Assembly (NCBI RefSeq): GCF_964355755.1
Contig: NC_092679.1
Location: 22,427,432 to 22,491,431, forward strand
Length of the DNA: 64,000 nt
DNA from: Antedon mediterranea
Taxonomy: Eukaryota > Animalia > Echinodermata
Direction of reading: 5' to 3'
Shown here: piece after piece, positions 24,853 to 39,300 of the stretch
Numbering within the stretch: the stretch's first letter is position 1
Layout: every line of letters begins with the position of its first letter
Program-made: the position numbers and the translations under genes
Notes under the pieces: generated by a model
The model's input: the letters and a program-made list of their open reading frames with translations, nothing else
Databases searched by the model: none
Told to the model about the DNA's origin: nothing

Positions 24853-27800
24853 TTACACATGTTTATTTGCTGGTGGTTTGTATTTTTTTATCCTATGTTC
24901 ATCAGACTTGTCATGTCCTTCCCTAAAAAAAAAATAAAAACAAATAAATAAACAATAAAAACATTGAATTACATTCACTAAATGAACAAAAGAGGTTAAT
25001 TAAAATGAAATGAAAAAAAAACAATTTACCTAAAGAAAACCAGTTGAAAGAACAAGTTAAAACCAGTTAGACAAGCTCAAACTAGTTGAACCAAATGAAG
25101 TTCTAAACTGGTCTCAACTGGAATTTTGTTCTAATTGAAACAGTGTGAAATAGTAAAAGAGATAAAGAGTGTATACAACCAGCCCAGACTTACTTGAAAC
25201 ATCTCTTGCAGAACAAGTCTCCTTCACAACTTAAACATCTAAGTATAGCATCTTCATTGCAGATACAGCACCATGGTAACTCATCAGGGTCAGCGGTAAA
25301 TGTCTAATATTTAAAACAAAATTATTTTTCTTATTCAGTCTTCTAACTTTTCTTAACTTTTAAACAGATAAGATGAGGAAATCTGTGAGAATAAAAAAGC
25401 CACCCCAGCTGAGATTCGAACCTTCTGCTACATACCTCCTCTTTTGTTTCCTTGGATTCATCAGGATGCCTTACTATTCCTTCATTTCCTGATTCTCTTA
25501 GTTTCTTATCCAGTTTTTCTTCTTCAGCAAGCTTGAAAAAGAAATCGGTTTAATTTAATTCCATATAATGATTTTCTTGCAAGAAATATAGGAAAATATT
25601 TTTGACAACCGAGCGTGATAACTTCCACATGACACATACGCTACTTACTTGTTGCAACAGCCTCTTTGTTGCCGTTTCATCATCTTCGTCGCTGCTTGCA
25701 TCGTAAGACATCCTCCTATTTTTAAAATTGCCTGAAATGAATAAAAAAATTTCTATAATAATGTGATATTTGTTAACTTATTATAAGTAAAAAATACTTA
25801 ACATAGTATTGAGTTGAATTAATATCAAACCAAGTAGGCAATCTAACAACAGGACACTGAGATCACTTTGCCAAGATAGGAACTCGTAACAGTCATTTGA
25901 TCTTATGTCTGGCTGCAACAAATACCAACAGTACTGCACTATGTACATATTCTCCATGGCACGCTGTGTATATTAAGGAATGTGGAACTGATCATGTTGC
26001 AACCACAGATAAACACTATGATCTCCAGAGCTCAGTATCCTGTTGTTAGATTGCCACAATCAAACTAAATATACTTTTAGCTTTTTCTGGATCTAGGCCC
26101 TGTAAACTTGCTAGTCTGCCAGCCATCTCTGCGTCCGATTCGTCACGTTCTTTTGTTCTTTTTAACTCCTCCTCACTTTCTTTCATCAATCTCTTCACAT
26201 TTTCCTCAAAATGTTTATCATCATCCACAGGATGAGTTTCACTGCGGACATCATTTGGAATACCTTCACAATAAAATAATTTTAAACCCGTTTACAAAGT
26301 ATTTCTAAAGGAATAAGATGTTTAAATATTTAAATCCAGGTTGATCTTAAAGATATATTGTTCAAAAGTATATTTATTTCAAATTGTTTTGAATCATGTT
26401 TTTAGCAACAGTTCACCTGGTTCATCATCTTGTTTTCCTTCCAAGGAAATTTCAGAAGACATTTCATCCATTAAATCATTGAACTGTTCTTGGAAATTGC
26501 GGTTATCTGGTGTAAAGTACGGCTACAAATAAAAGAATAGTGAAAATCATTGATTTAGGGTTAAGGCAATGACCAAGTAGTGGAGATACTTTTTTGGGTT
26601 CTGAAGGTGTCCCTTTAATAGGAGTTCTACTGTTAGATTTTAAGATTTATATATATTTTTATATGGTATAGTTTATTCCATTCTGTAAGGGGCGGGTTTC
26701 CCGCTGTTGAATGAGTTTGAATAAAATAAAAAAAATAAAATAAATAAAATACAAAAATATTTTCCACAGGAACTCTTTTTTGGACACCTCTATTCAGGGG
26801 ACGTTTTTTGGGGTCCTAAAAGTGTTCCCTTAATAATCATAATCATAATAATAATAGAGGATCTACTATAATATAAAAATATTTACCATTGAACACCTTT
26901 TTTTTGGGACAACTCTATTCAGGGGATACCGCTATCAAAGGGACAACCCCTATTTAGGGACATTCAGGGGAAACCACTGTGGTGTCCTCTTAATAAGGTA
27001 TAATGACACTGTTGCTATTATTAATAAGCATAAAGGTGTAGTGATTTGTTTTGACATTAGGTACCTTAGTAGCCTGACTGGTACTAGACTGGTCTGCTGA
27101 TGGTGGTGGGAAGCCTTTTAGAGCTCTTAGGCGTTCTTCCATGTTCTGTGTCGTAGGAATTGTCCCTAAAGTATAAATTAAAATAATAATGCATGCTATA
27201 ATAATGAATGAATATCAGTTTAGTGGCATAACAACTTAGTGGTTATCATCCTTTTTTACATTCCTAGGTCCAAATCCTAACTAAGTCTATTCTTGAAGTT
27301 AAGTATTCAGTCAATCAAAGTCAATAAATAATTCTTACTTTAGACAGGAGATTTTTTTAATAAGGGTGTTTTTCAATCCAAATGTGATATTTATATACTG
27401 TACTTAATATTGATAAAACATTGTTAAAATTTTGTTTGTATTTTGTATGTTCACAGCCCCAGGAGAGAACAAGCATGTATTGACATGGGCCTACATGGTT
27501 AAATAAAGTTGAATTGAATGGTACAGTAGGTAGGGTTATTCCATAGAGATAATATCTCTATAGTTATTCTTGTGGGCAAACCTGCATGGGCAGACCCTCT
27601 ATTGAAAATTAAACAAAGGAAACAGGGCTACATCGCTCCCACCCTCTCATTCTTTGCAAGTATGCTGGATCCACCTAAGGAATGTGTTACCTTGTTGTGC
27701 TACTCTGCCTTCCTTCAGCTTGTTCAACCTATCAACAATAGCTTTATCCTTTGGTTCTAGTCCCTTCAATGCTTCATTTCTTGCAGCTAAAAATATAAAA

Positions 27801-28767
27801 CTATTTTAGAAGACAACTCCTGGTGGTGTTTAACAAATATATCAACCAAACAATTCTCTAAATTTTGCTAATTCAATTTATTAAAAAAAATTGTTATACA
27901 CATGTGTTACCTTGTGGCTGCGATCGGCCTTCCTTAGGGCTATTCATTGGATCAGAATGTTCTTTAGGTGCTTTGGCAGCAAGAACTTCCATTCGCCTAT
28001 CAAAAAAATACCCATCATGTTTAAATATTTAAAATTGTATTATAATACTTTTTATCAATTAATTTTCTTGTATATTTTTATACAATTTTTACAATATGAA
28101 TTATATTAAACTAATGAATGTTTTTAAAATACTTCGCACATGTAGTTTTATTTATTGATGCAGGATCCTCTGGCGGTTAATCCTATCAGAGTTTCAAAAT
28201 AGCTTCTTAAATATTTGTATAATCTTGTGTACAGTATATATAATATAAAAATAAATAAAAAATGTACACTTTGTTGATGGAAAAATAAATTCAAATGAAA
28301 TAAATCGATTATAATATTTATTTATATTATTTACTTTAAATTTGTATTGTTGATGTTATATAATATGTTGTTGAAAACCGTTAAAAAAAAAATTATAAAA
28401 ATAAGTTCTTACCGTTTAAAATTTTCTGGAGGAGAAAGTCTTCTTTGATTCATCTTATTGTCTTTGTCAGGATCTGGAGCGTTTTTTAATATTTTGTAAC
28501 AAGATCTGCACACAGGGTGTGCTTTGGAACCCTTGTTTGGTACAACTGCTTTTTGTGGCAGACATTTTGAACAGAAAGATAGTTGGCATTTCATACATGA
28601 ATGCTGCAAAAAAGAAAAATTATTAATAATTAATATTCATCACTTATTTAAACATAATATTATTAATATTCATAAATTAATATCAGTAACATAACAACTA
28701 GGCCTAGGCCTATATTTACCTCTTTCTTGAAAATACCGAACTTCTCAGTACACGAATAACACGACAT
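24853..28767 (-). CDS. ZFYVE19: Abscission/NoCut checkpoint regulator (FYVE + C-terminal B-box), about 391 aa, 11 exons
   Basis: Exons 28720-28767, 28413-28603, 27911-27996, 27691-27786, 27065-27165, 26417-26522, 26075-26263, 25649-25731, 25436-25531, 25194-25303, 24853-24922. Motifs CYSC...[52 protein letters not shown]. Confidence 0.93.
25837..26055. repeat. Unclassified hairpin-forming dispersed repeat, copy 2 (most intact)
   Basis: 25-bp terminal inverted repeat GGCAATCTAACAACAGGA(C/T)ACTGAG with one mismatch, plus an inner stem TGGCTGCAACA / TGTTGCAACCA. Confidence 0.8.
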
Positions 28768-30268
28768 ACTGTATTGTCTATATACCCGCAAAAATACAAA
28801 ACTGCAGTGAGTGGCCGAGATGGATTCCCGACGACGCAAGGATAGAATGATGAATGAAGGAATACCGGGGTGGGTGTTACTCACTAGCTAGTACAGTAGA
28901 GAGGGCTAGCTAGGCTAGGCCTACAACTTAATGAATTGTCCTTTAAAATGTATTTTACAGATTTCCTGACAAAATTGAACACGTCTAATTGATCTATAAT
29001 GACTTAATTTAACTCTTCTAGAAATGTGTTAGCATGGTATTCATTAAAACGCATAAAAAAGTGTTTTACTTAAGAGATTTCCTTCAAAAAATGCAAAACA
29101 CAACACACATGACCAAAACAAAATATAACCTATGACCGGATAAATTATACAGTAATAACAAAACATGTACACGATATAAAATTGTGTATAACACGTAAAT
29201 GTTACTATTTAGAAGATTTTAAAATATATTATATTTTAAAATTATATTTAATGACTTAAAATAATTTAAATATGATAAATAAAGCTAATCATAGTAAACA
29301 TTAAGAAATACTTTATTTTGAGGTGTCGGCTAAATCAATCAACATTTCCATCATTTCATTGTTGTTTGTAATTGCGCGAAAAAAGGAGACGTGTTAAGTT
29401 AGAACTTTAAATACTATTTACTAAAAAAACCATAATGTAGGTATCAAATTCTAAAACGTTCTCATTGTTATTTATTTTGAAATCCTGTGATCACTGTCGT
29501 GTTATATGTTGATGTTAAATATTTTATTTTTAGCATTAATTACTGATTTAATGTTGACGAGGTCATGAGAGAATTATAGCTAGCCAGGCAGGGACCGGTG
29601 CTAGGCCCGATTTGAATCTCTAGGAGCGAGGAAATGCGCCTCAGTTAGCTTGATGTTGATAAGTGTAGGCCTAGGAAAATGGTTTAGGGCCTTTATTGTT
29701 TTGTGTCATATAGTTTTTTTAATACTACAGTACTATATACTACTACTAGTATAATTTAATGATTATTTTATATAAATAGAAAATTTATCAAATATTTTAA
29801 TTTGTAACTTTTCTTTCCCAGTTGTTAATTTTTTTTTTTTTCTTCTTTATTATTAGTATTACTAATTAGTCATGGATGGAGGTACATTAATTAGTACACA
29901 CCTATTTAATTTTAACAGGTACCAAGCAGTATCTATAGCCTATTGTTACTGTCTTTTAAAGTTTTATAGCTTTTTTGTGTTCAATTGAGTTAGGCTACAC
30001 CCTCTTTTTAGATCATGGGCTTTGGATCCACCCTTCTTTGTCTTTTTTGCATATATAGTTTAGTCTCAATCAGTTTGATACAGTTAGCCACGAGATTTTG
30101 CTTAGTAAACAAGTCCTGTTCATTATTATTATACACGGATTTTTATTTTCTGGTAAGAAATAATTATTAATTTATTTTATATTAATATTTATTTTTATTT
30201 TTTTTCAAATGCAGATATAAAAAGACATTTAATTAATTTGGTTAATTTCTTATTATTTTCAGACTTAG

Positions 30269-30793
<525 letters not shown>

Positions 30794-32137
30794 GGAATAA
30801 CCGCAGTCATTAAACATTTCTTTCTTTCATAATTTTCAATGGTTTTTACATGGTTTTGTATGTAGCATAGGTAGATCAGAATTTGTACATTGTAAGCAGC
30901 GTGGTATATGTAACTTATTGTTTCCAAAAATAAATTTCTTGATTTTAATTGACGTTTGTAATTTGGGAAAGTACTGTTAAAAATGTAATATTGCCTGTAT
31001 CGATACAAGCTTGCGTAATGTTAGCACCTTGTATTACGTGTGTGAAACATCTTTAAATCACACTCATCAATGTTGTATGTTAATTCTGTCAACTGTATGC
31101 ATTTCCAATCCTATAAAAACATATGTCATTTGTAGATTAATGTTATTTTATGTAGTTTTGTACGAAGATTTAAGTTTAGTATTTGGAATATTATATACTG
31201 CATTATTCAGAATTCATACAAAATCTATACCTCAATCTATTTCTAAATAAATACGCAAAAGAACTTTTGTATTAAAATTATTTTGGACCAAATTAAAATT
31301 ATCAGGATGAAAAACATATCTTTAGTACTATCTGATATTTCTAGCCTTAAATCAAAATAATGAACATCTAATGTATACAAATTTAAATCCTATAATGTTT
31401 TACATATTTATAATCTACAATTGTTTGGTAATTCTCATTTTTGTATGGACAAAATAAAGTATTATGAATTGGATTAGATAAAATGTAGTCTTTAGATTCT
31501 TGTAGCCATTTTAAGAGTGGGTTTATTTTCGCCCAATGTGTGATTTTCGTTTGGTTGTTTCAGTTTTTCTATTAAAGTGAAATTTAGTAGCCAAATTCCA
31601 TGTTTTTTTTCCATTAAAAAAAAAATGTTTTGGTACATCAGAATTTCAGCATAATTTTGATAAACAGTCAAACTGATACATGAGCCTACAACAAAATATG
31701 ATCCTATCTAAATCATATATATCAAATAATTTTGACAGCATATCCTACAACAAAGAGACTACATGTTTTTAGCATGGATTTTAGTTTAGTAAGAAGCCAT
31801 GGACAGACAAACTGACCAAACAAACCTTAACAATAGCCGATGATACATCCAACTGATTACATAATATTAAATAACCAATATTTTACAGTAAGGTCAATCA
31901 TGTGGCTTAGTCTATTGACTGTGCCAACAGAAAATATTACATTAGAAGCACAACCATGCGGATAGAAAATACATGCACTGTTGATCTGTGCTGATAGCTA
32001 CTTCCATGGAATAGACCTAACAATCATAGGTGGACCATATAATAGTTAATACTATTTTACTATAGCTTATTAACAAAATCCATAAGATTTAGGAGCAAAA
32101 TGAAAATATATATGATGAATGATGATATGATCAATCA

Positions 32138-32310
32138 GCAATCTCAGGTCACAGAGCTGGCCATACCAAGATGGGAACTTGTAACAGTGCTTCGATCTTA
32201 TGTCTGGCTGCGACAAATAACAGTACTGTACTAGTGTGGTGTGCTGTGTCTGTTAAGGGTGTGGAACTGTCGCACCCACAGATAAACCCTTTGATTTCCA
32301 GAGCTCAGCC
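32138..32310. repeat. Unclassified hairpin-forming dispersed repeat, copy 3
   Basis: Shares CCAAGAT.GGAACT.GTAACAGT, GATCTTATGTCTGGCTGC and GTGGAACTG...CACAGATAAAC...CCAGAGCTCAG with copy 2. Confidence 0.7.
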
Positions 32311-33084
32311 CATTACCGTGCTGTGATGTAATGTGGTATTTGTACTGATGAATAACCAAATGTATCGGAAAAACATTTTTTAAAGACAATTTTGATTTAA
32401 AGATAATACAGAACACATCTCAAATAATATCAATTAAGCATCATTTATTTCAGAAACATAATATTCAAAAACACAACAATTTTCATAAATACAAACAATA
32501 TGATAAGATAAGATAAAAATACCAAGATGTTTACTATAGTTTCTGTTCTTATATCACAATTAAAAACATTTTATACAATTTAATTGTTTTCACATAGAAA
32601 AAGCTGCTTTTTGTCGGTCTAAAAAAGAAAAATATTACTTTTTCAAAATCATTCCGACAAAAAAAAACTACAAAGCAAAATAGAAAAAAAAAAATTACAT
32701 CCATAATTTCCATTTTCCAGATATAAAAATAAACAACATTGAATTAAAACAATAAAAATATTTTATATAAATTCAGTTATTCATACATTATGGTTGGAGT
32801 AATTTTAATTAGTAACAGGATTTAAAAATGGAAACATTATTTGAATTAAAACATTCTTTTAAAAAAAAATCTACTATTTTAAAAATGTTACTTTTTGAAC
32901 ATGCTTTTCCGATAAAAAAACAGATTATTTTAGCTAATACCTCAGTTAAACAACTTAAAGAACAATCAAGCAAAACAATGTGTATAAAATTATAGAAAAA
33001 ATATCAAGATAGTACTAATCTGAAACTAATCATTTTTAGAAGAAAATGATTATACAATACAACCTCTATACAATGTATATGGGT

Positions 33085-33768
33085 GTCTTCTGAACGGGGA
33101 AGGGGAGGCGGGGGTAGCTGTATGTATAGAGTAGGGCTGTCTCCTGAATGGAGGAGGGGGTAGCTGTATGTGTAGTAGGCATGTCTCCTGAATGGAGGAG
33201 GGGGTAGCTGTATGTAAAGAGTAGGGCTGTCTCCTGAATGGAGGAGGGGGTAGCTGTATGTATAGAGTAGGGCTGTCTCCTGAATGGAGGAGGGGGGTAG
33301 CTGTATGTATAGAGTAGGGCTGTCTCCTGAATGGAGGAGGGGGTAGCTGTATGTGTATTAGGCATGTCTCCTGAATGGAGGAGGGGGATAGCTGTATGTA
33401 TAGAGTAGGGCTGTCTCCTGAATGGAGGAGGGGGTGGCTGTATGTGTAGTAGGGCTGTCTCCTGAATGGAGGAGGGGGTAGCTGTATGTATAGAGTAGGG
33501 CTGTCTCCTGAATGGAGGAGGGGGTAGCTGTATGTATAGAGTAGGGCTGTCTCCTGAATGGAGGAGGGGGGGGGGCGGCTGTATGTGTAGAGTAGGGCTG
33601 TCTCCTGAATGGAGGAGGGGGAAGCTGTATGTATAGAGTAGGACTGTCTCCTGAATGGAGGAGGGGGAAGCTGTATGTGTATTAGGCATGTCTCCTGAAT
33701 GGAGGAGGGGGTAGCTGTATGTATAGAGTAGGGCTGTCTCCTGAATGGAGGAGGGGGTAGCTGTATGT
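33085..33768. repeat. G-rich minisatellite, about 43-45-bp unit, about 15 copies
   Basis: (GTAGCTGTATGTATAGAGTAGGGCTGTCTCCTGAATGGAGGAGGGG)n. Confidence 0.95.
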
Positions 33769-34579
33769 AAAGAAATAAATCAATCCTGGTATTTATCAAC
33801 ATTAAAGAATAGGTGACAAGCCAACACAGGTTCAGATAGTTGAAAAAAAAAAAGGAGGGGGTGTGTTAAAGGAAGGTTGAGTGGGGCTAGTTGTTGGAAG
33901 GACGTATGCCATGATATGCTGACTTATGCAATAACATGGATCTACCTTCTATCTACTTCTTCTATTATTAGCAACTCTATGAATGTGTAGAGCTGAAGAA
34001 TACCACAAATACAAGATGGAAGCACAAAAAGAAGTAAAAAAACAACAGCCTTGGGTTAAGAAATAAATGATGAAAAAAAGAAAGGCAACAACCTTTGACC
34101 TGGGGAGAGAAATTGAGAACCAAGATATCAAAGACAGACTGACGGCAAAATACAATTCAGAAATGTGTCAGAATAATATATTTGAAAAGTTTTGTTGACC
34201 AGGTAGAGAAATTTCTAAGTTATTATAACTTTTACATAACTGAGCATGATGTGCATAGGAATTTTGTTTTTAACATAAAAAAGTTAAAATGACTTGTCTC
34301 ATATAGCATGGTGCACCAGTAACATCACAAAATAAGCTATGTATGTGCAGTAATTAGCTCAGCACCAACCATGGTGGCTTGGTTCTGTAGAGTTATATTA
34401 GAAAAGGACAACATGGTCAACATTGAAGAACATTATTTTGACAACATTAATGGAAGTACATTGTGGATTCTGGGAAGCGTTGTACAGGAATTCCACAAAA
34501 TAAAGAGAAAATGTATTGACCATCAGTAAGAATAACATGTTAAATGTTAAATGTATTATTCTGGTTCTTAAGGAAATTT

Positions 34580-34826
34580 ATATTAGGCCCTCTACGGACC
34601 CACGGCAGCCAGCAGTGCAGCGCCTACCAGATCAGCACACCGGGAGACGATCCCCTACTCTTTTCGAATAGTGTACAAAGTTTTTAACGTGCACTGCTAA
34701 GCACACGGGACCAACGGCTTTACATCCCATCCGAAGGATGAGGCAATGAGAGTAAAGCATCTTGCCTAAGGATGCAATTAGTATTGTATAGATAACCTCG
34801 AACCCATGCCTATCACATACTAGTCC
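34580..34826 (-). mobile_element. tRNA-derived SINE with Deu/Nin-type central domain
   Basis: On -: GGCATGGGTTCGAG B-box, then CCTTCGGATGGGATGTAAAGCCGTTGGTCCC...GCACGTTAAAA...CGAAAAGAGTAGGGG...CCCGGTGT. Related copies at about 41005-41230 (+) and 44965-45230 (+), and a remnant near 6020-6130. Confidence 0.75.
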
Positions 34827-34914
34827 AATATTGATATAACAAACATAAGACAAAGAAAGGGAGAAAGGAAGAATTAATTACAGCTTGCGTGTAGTTTTGC
34901 TTTTTTTCACGTTC

Positions 34915-35198
34915 AAGATTGGTAGGTATAATAAATGGACAATGTATGGAGACACCAAAGTGCCATGTAAGATTGGTAGGTATAATAAATGGACAATGTA
35001 TGGAGACACCAAAGTGCCATGTAAGATTGGTAGGTATAATAAATGGACAATGTATGGAGACACCAAAGTGCCATGTAAGATTGGTAGGTACAGTATAATA
35101 AATGGAAAATGTATGGAGACACCAAAGTGCCATGTAAGATTGGTAGGTGTAATAAATGGATAATGAATGGAGACACCAAAGTGCCATGTAAGATTGGG
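34915..35198. repeat. Minisatellite, about 54-bp unit, 5 copies
   Basis: (AAGATTGGTAGGTATAATAAATGGACAATGTATGGAGACACCAAAGTGCCATGT)n. Confidence 0.95.
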
Positions 35199-36330
35199 CA
35201 GATAGACAGTTCAATCAAAAAGGGTGATAGAGAATTATTTGTGGGAAAATAAACAGATTATTAAGGTAACAGAGGAGAAAGAATTTAGTATTAAAATACT
35301 ATGCAAATATATTTTATGTTATTTTGTAGGAATTGTTTTCGATAGAGGGAGATTTTTGTGGATATTACTTTTCTTTCAATAGGTATTTAACTGAGCCTAT
35401 GCTAAAAAAAGCAATTAGACCATTTACAAAAGTATAATTTATTATTTAAATAAGTGATTTTAATTAGATTTGAAATAGAGCCATAAAAACAACACTCACA
35501 AAAACCAATTAAAAATCAATTCATAATAGTATGAATAAAAAATACGAACAATTTGAATAAAAGCATTTTTACATCAATTTAAAATAATTTGTGTACCAAA
35601 ATTTAGATCGTAAAATTTTTATATGCCAATATTGTTTCAAATATATTTTCGAATATTGTCCATAATTGAAATAGTAGCTATTCCAATGTTGGATTCATAG
35701 TATGTACAATGTAAAATGGAATGGTATATACCTAGTACAGTAAAATTCTTGACAATTTAAACAAAACATCACAACCTTTTATATAGATTTCAGATATAAT
35801 CTTGGAAATTTCATACAATTGATAGTTGTAACTGTACAGAAGCCAAATCCTGACTTTGTGCACTTTGTAGGGAGCCATTTGAAAAAAAGATTACTTAAAA
35901 AAAAACATTAATAATCTATCCTGCATTATGTTTTGTTTTTTATTTTGTTTTTATCATTGCTTGTATCCAATAGAAGCCCTATTAACGGGACACCTTAAGG
36001 ACCAAAAGTGTCCCCTTCATAGGAATGTCCTCTACATAGGGGCATTTGTGTAGAATGTATTGTAGAACTGTAGTAGTATATTATAATATTATAATGATGC
36101 TGAGAATAAAAATCCTGAAAAAAACTAATTTGTTTCTTATTCGATAAAATATACTCGGACACTGGTCATTGTGGGCCAGCCCAACATTGCCCGATTTTTC
36201 GGATAGCTGACTGTACCATACACTATGTACATTAATTATCTTCAACTAATAACAGTGAATGAAAAAATAATATATACATTAAAATACCAGGTGGATCTCA
36301 CTATTAATAAACCTTTTTACAATTTCCTTT

Positions 36331-39300
36331 TTACTGCTGGAAGGCTTCCTTTGATATATTCCCTTGAGCCTGAAAAAGCAAAATATAAATATTATTAAGA
36401 AGAATGATCGACATTAGATCACCTATTAAGGGAACACCTAGAGGACCCAACAATGTTTCCCCTTAAGTTCTGTCTACACTATCGGGTACATGCTCGGAAA
36501 GGTCACTTAATGGAGGTATGGTCTATGTGTACATTAGCTTTGAGAGAGACAACGGTAGTTTTGTTTATTCAATTTAAAGAGAAATTGATAGTGATTGTTT
36601 TATGAAACGGTACAGGTGCAGACAGGTCACTTTTAATGGAGGTGCGATCTATGTGTAGTTTGCTGCAATAGCAGAGAGACGGTAGTTAATACAAGATTTT
36701 TTTATGAAAGTTGATCTCAAAGAGAGGTTGCTGTTCAGAAAGATTAATGCATAGTGGTAGTTTACAATGGTTGTTTTGAGAGTGAATAGTTATTGTAAAG
36801 GAAAGGTTACTACTTTACAAGAGGTAAGAGAGGTGCATGGTCTCGAAGACAGGTTTTTGTAAAGAAAGAATAATGGAAAGAGAGGTGAAGGTACTTTGCA
36901 AGAGTTGTTTATGCAGAAAGATTGTTGCACAAAAAGCTTGTTATGAAAACATAAAGCTCTGTCTACACTATCAAACTAGTTCGACAAAAAAAGTGTGATG
37001 AGCCCAAATAATAATGGGTAGTGATATGTCCAAATATGGTAGTAATATGACATCATCATGTCCATATATAGCCAAATTTTTTGTCATATAAAGTTTGATT
37101 GTATAGAAAGAGCTTTAATAGGGGATTCCCCTGGATATGGGTGTCTCATGAACAGTGTTACATCCTATATTCCCCTCAGTATTAAAAACCCGCTTATACC
37201 TTCATTTCCGAAAACAGTTTCCCTGCTCTCTGATAGTCCCACTGGGTCTCTTCCAAACACCTGGTGACAACAACACAATATTTTAATAGTAAGATTGAAA
37301 ATATAAGAATCCGGATACAAATAATGAATGCTTACGAACTAAATTAAGGAGAGTTAAATAGTTTTCAACTCATGAAATATTCTCTCCATTCAACAATACA
37401 AAAAAAATTCATTATGTTCTAAAGTAAAGTTCAATTAATCCTCTGATTCTATCAGTCAAAAGGCAGATTTTAATCGAGGGTGGGTAAACAGTTAGGGCAC
37501 ATTACAGGTTATCTTTATAACTGTATCTGCTGACGATTTTTAACACTTACATTTTCGAATATTGTACATTCATTCCAGAGTCTTTTATGAACTGCGTTAC
37601 CATTATCATCTTCTCATTTTCCGAAGGTCCGGAAGAACTCTGAAGAACAGGACTATGAGAGGGGGTTGGTGCAGCTGATGGAAAAGCAGCCTGGAAAAAA
37701 TAAATAGAGGGGTTATACCAGCTGATGGAAAAGCAGCCTAGAACAATAAAAAGAGGGGGTTAGACAAGCTGATTGGAAAGCAGCCTAAAACAATAAATAG
37801 AGGGGGTTAGACAAGCTGATTGGAAAGCAGCCTAAAACAATAAACATATGGGGTTAGACAAGCTGATGGAAAAGCAGCCTAGAACAATAAATAGAGGGGG
37901 TTAGACAAGCCGATTGGAAAGCAGCCTAAAACAATAACTAGACATGTAACTCGTCACTTTGACGAGTTTGGTTATCCCCCGCGCAAGTGGTGCAACATTA
38001 ACATTAAGGGGATAGGTTGAGGACAAAAGGAAGTGTTCACGTTGGCATTATGACCTGAACTGAAGAATATGATATGTTGTTATTGCTGAATTTTATTATT
38101 TAAATTCATATATAGTATATACACAGTATAATCTGTATCCATATCACATACAGTGTAGAATAGGTGAAATTACGGGACCCGCTATTTATTGCAATTTTAA
38201 ACATGTTGACGGTTTTAAAATGAAACGCGAAGGTAGCAATTCCGAAAGGAAATTATCTCAGCAACAACGTATTAGCGTGTAGAAGAAATTTGAATACGTG
38301 AAATATTGATGCGCGCTCTTTTAAATGTAATGAATTATGACGCAAAAGATGAAAATACGACCTTTTTTATTTTACTGGCCATATGACGACGTCACAACAT
38401 CCGATTGGCAACATTTTTACATAATTTCGTATCTACAATCCAATAGCTTCCAGAAAAAATTTTAATCGTGATTATCACATTTTATTCTTACGAGCTATAA
38501 CAGATTAAAATTTACTGTAAAGATGAAATTAATGCCACACGTGATTTAAATTTTTAGGCATGATGACGTCAAAAAAATTAAAATATTTTTAACTCATGCG
38601 AAAGATACTTGATTGACCTAGACAAAATCAAAATCGGGGTGAAAATGGAAAACGGATAAGTGGAGATGCGCTCTATTCAATGTGATGAGCTATGACGAAA
38701 GAGATAAAAATCCTAAATTAGAAAAACTAGCTGATTACAGAAAGTTGAAAAACATTCATACCTTTATCTGATTTTCTGTTGGACATTTCAAAATTAGCTC
38801 ATCATTCAAGATCACTAATCTAAAAAGAAAATGAATGAAAATTAATTGTTTTTGACAAACAAAATCATAACTATTGAAACTAAAAGATAATGTAGTGTAC
38901 TGCATAGCAATTAAAAAACACATTCAAAATATAACTAACTGTAAACGTACCTGTTATCAAAATGCGTCAGGAATATCCGACTAAACGCAATGATTTGTGG
39001 GTTTGAGTTGCGACTCTCGACCTCTTTGAAGACGCCGTCAACGGTGAAGAGAAGCAGCGTTCCCTGAGCTAGTGACACGTCCACGATGAATGACGCAATG
39101 TCATGTTGCGTACCAGGAAGATCCTTAAGGAAGGCCGTCACCGACAAACGACTCTGCTTTAATAATTTAAACCGTTGACCTACAAAAAAAAAATATAATT
39201 CAGGCTTTTGGATTTTCAGTAAAAAACCCCGCTTTAGGAAACACCTCCAGAACTCAATTAAGTAGTTATAACTGTCTACACAATATATACCATGTACACT

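Noticed and set aside
30794-30900. Histone 3' stem-loop
   Set aside because: No GGYYYTTYNNARRRCC hairpin is seen, consistent with polyadenylated H3.3.
33050-33802. 250-aa and 207-aa ORFs
   Set aside because: They are translations of a stop-poor minisatellite, open in several frames with no domain.
34813-35218. Repetitive ORFs and possible CRISPR-like array
   Set aside because: Head-to-tail 54-bp units with no unique spacers, in a eukaryotic context. The same applies to the arrays at 8586, 24445 and 39450.
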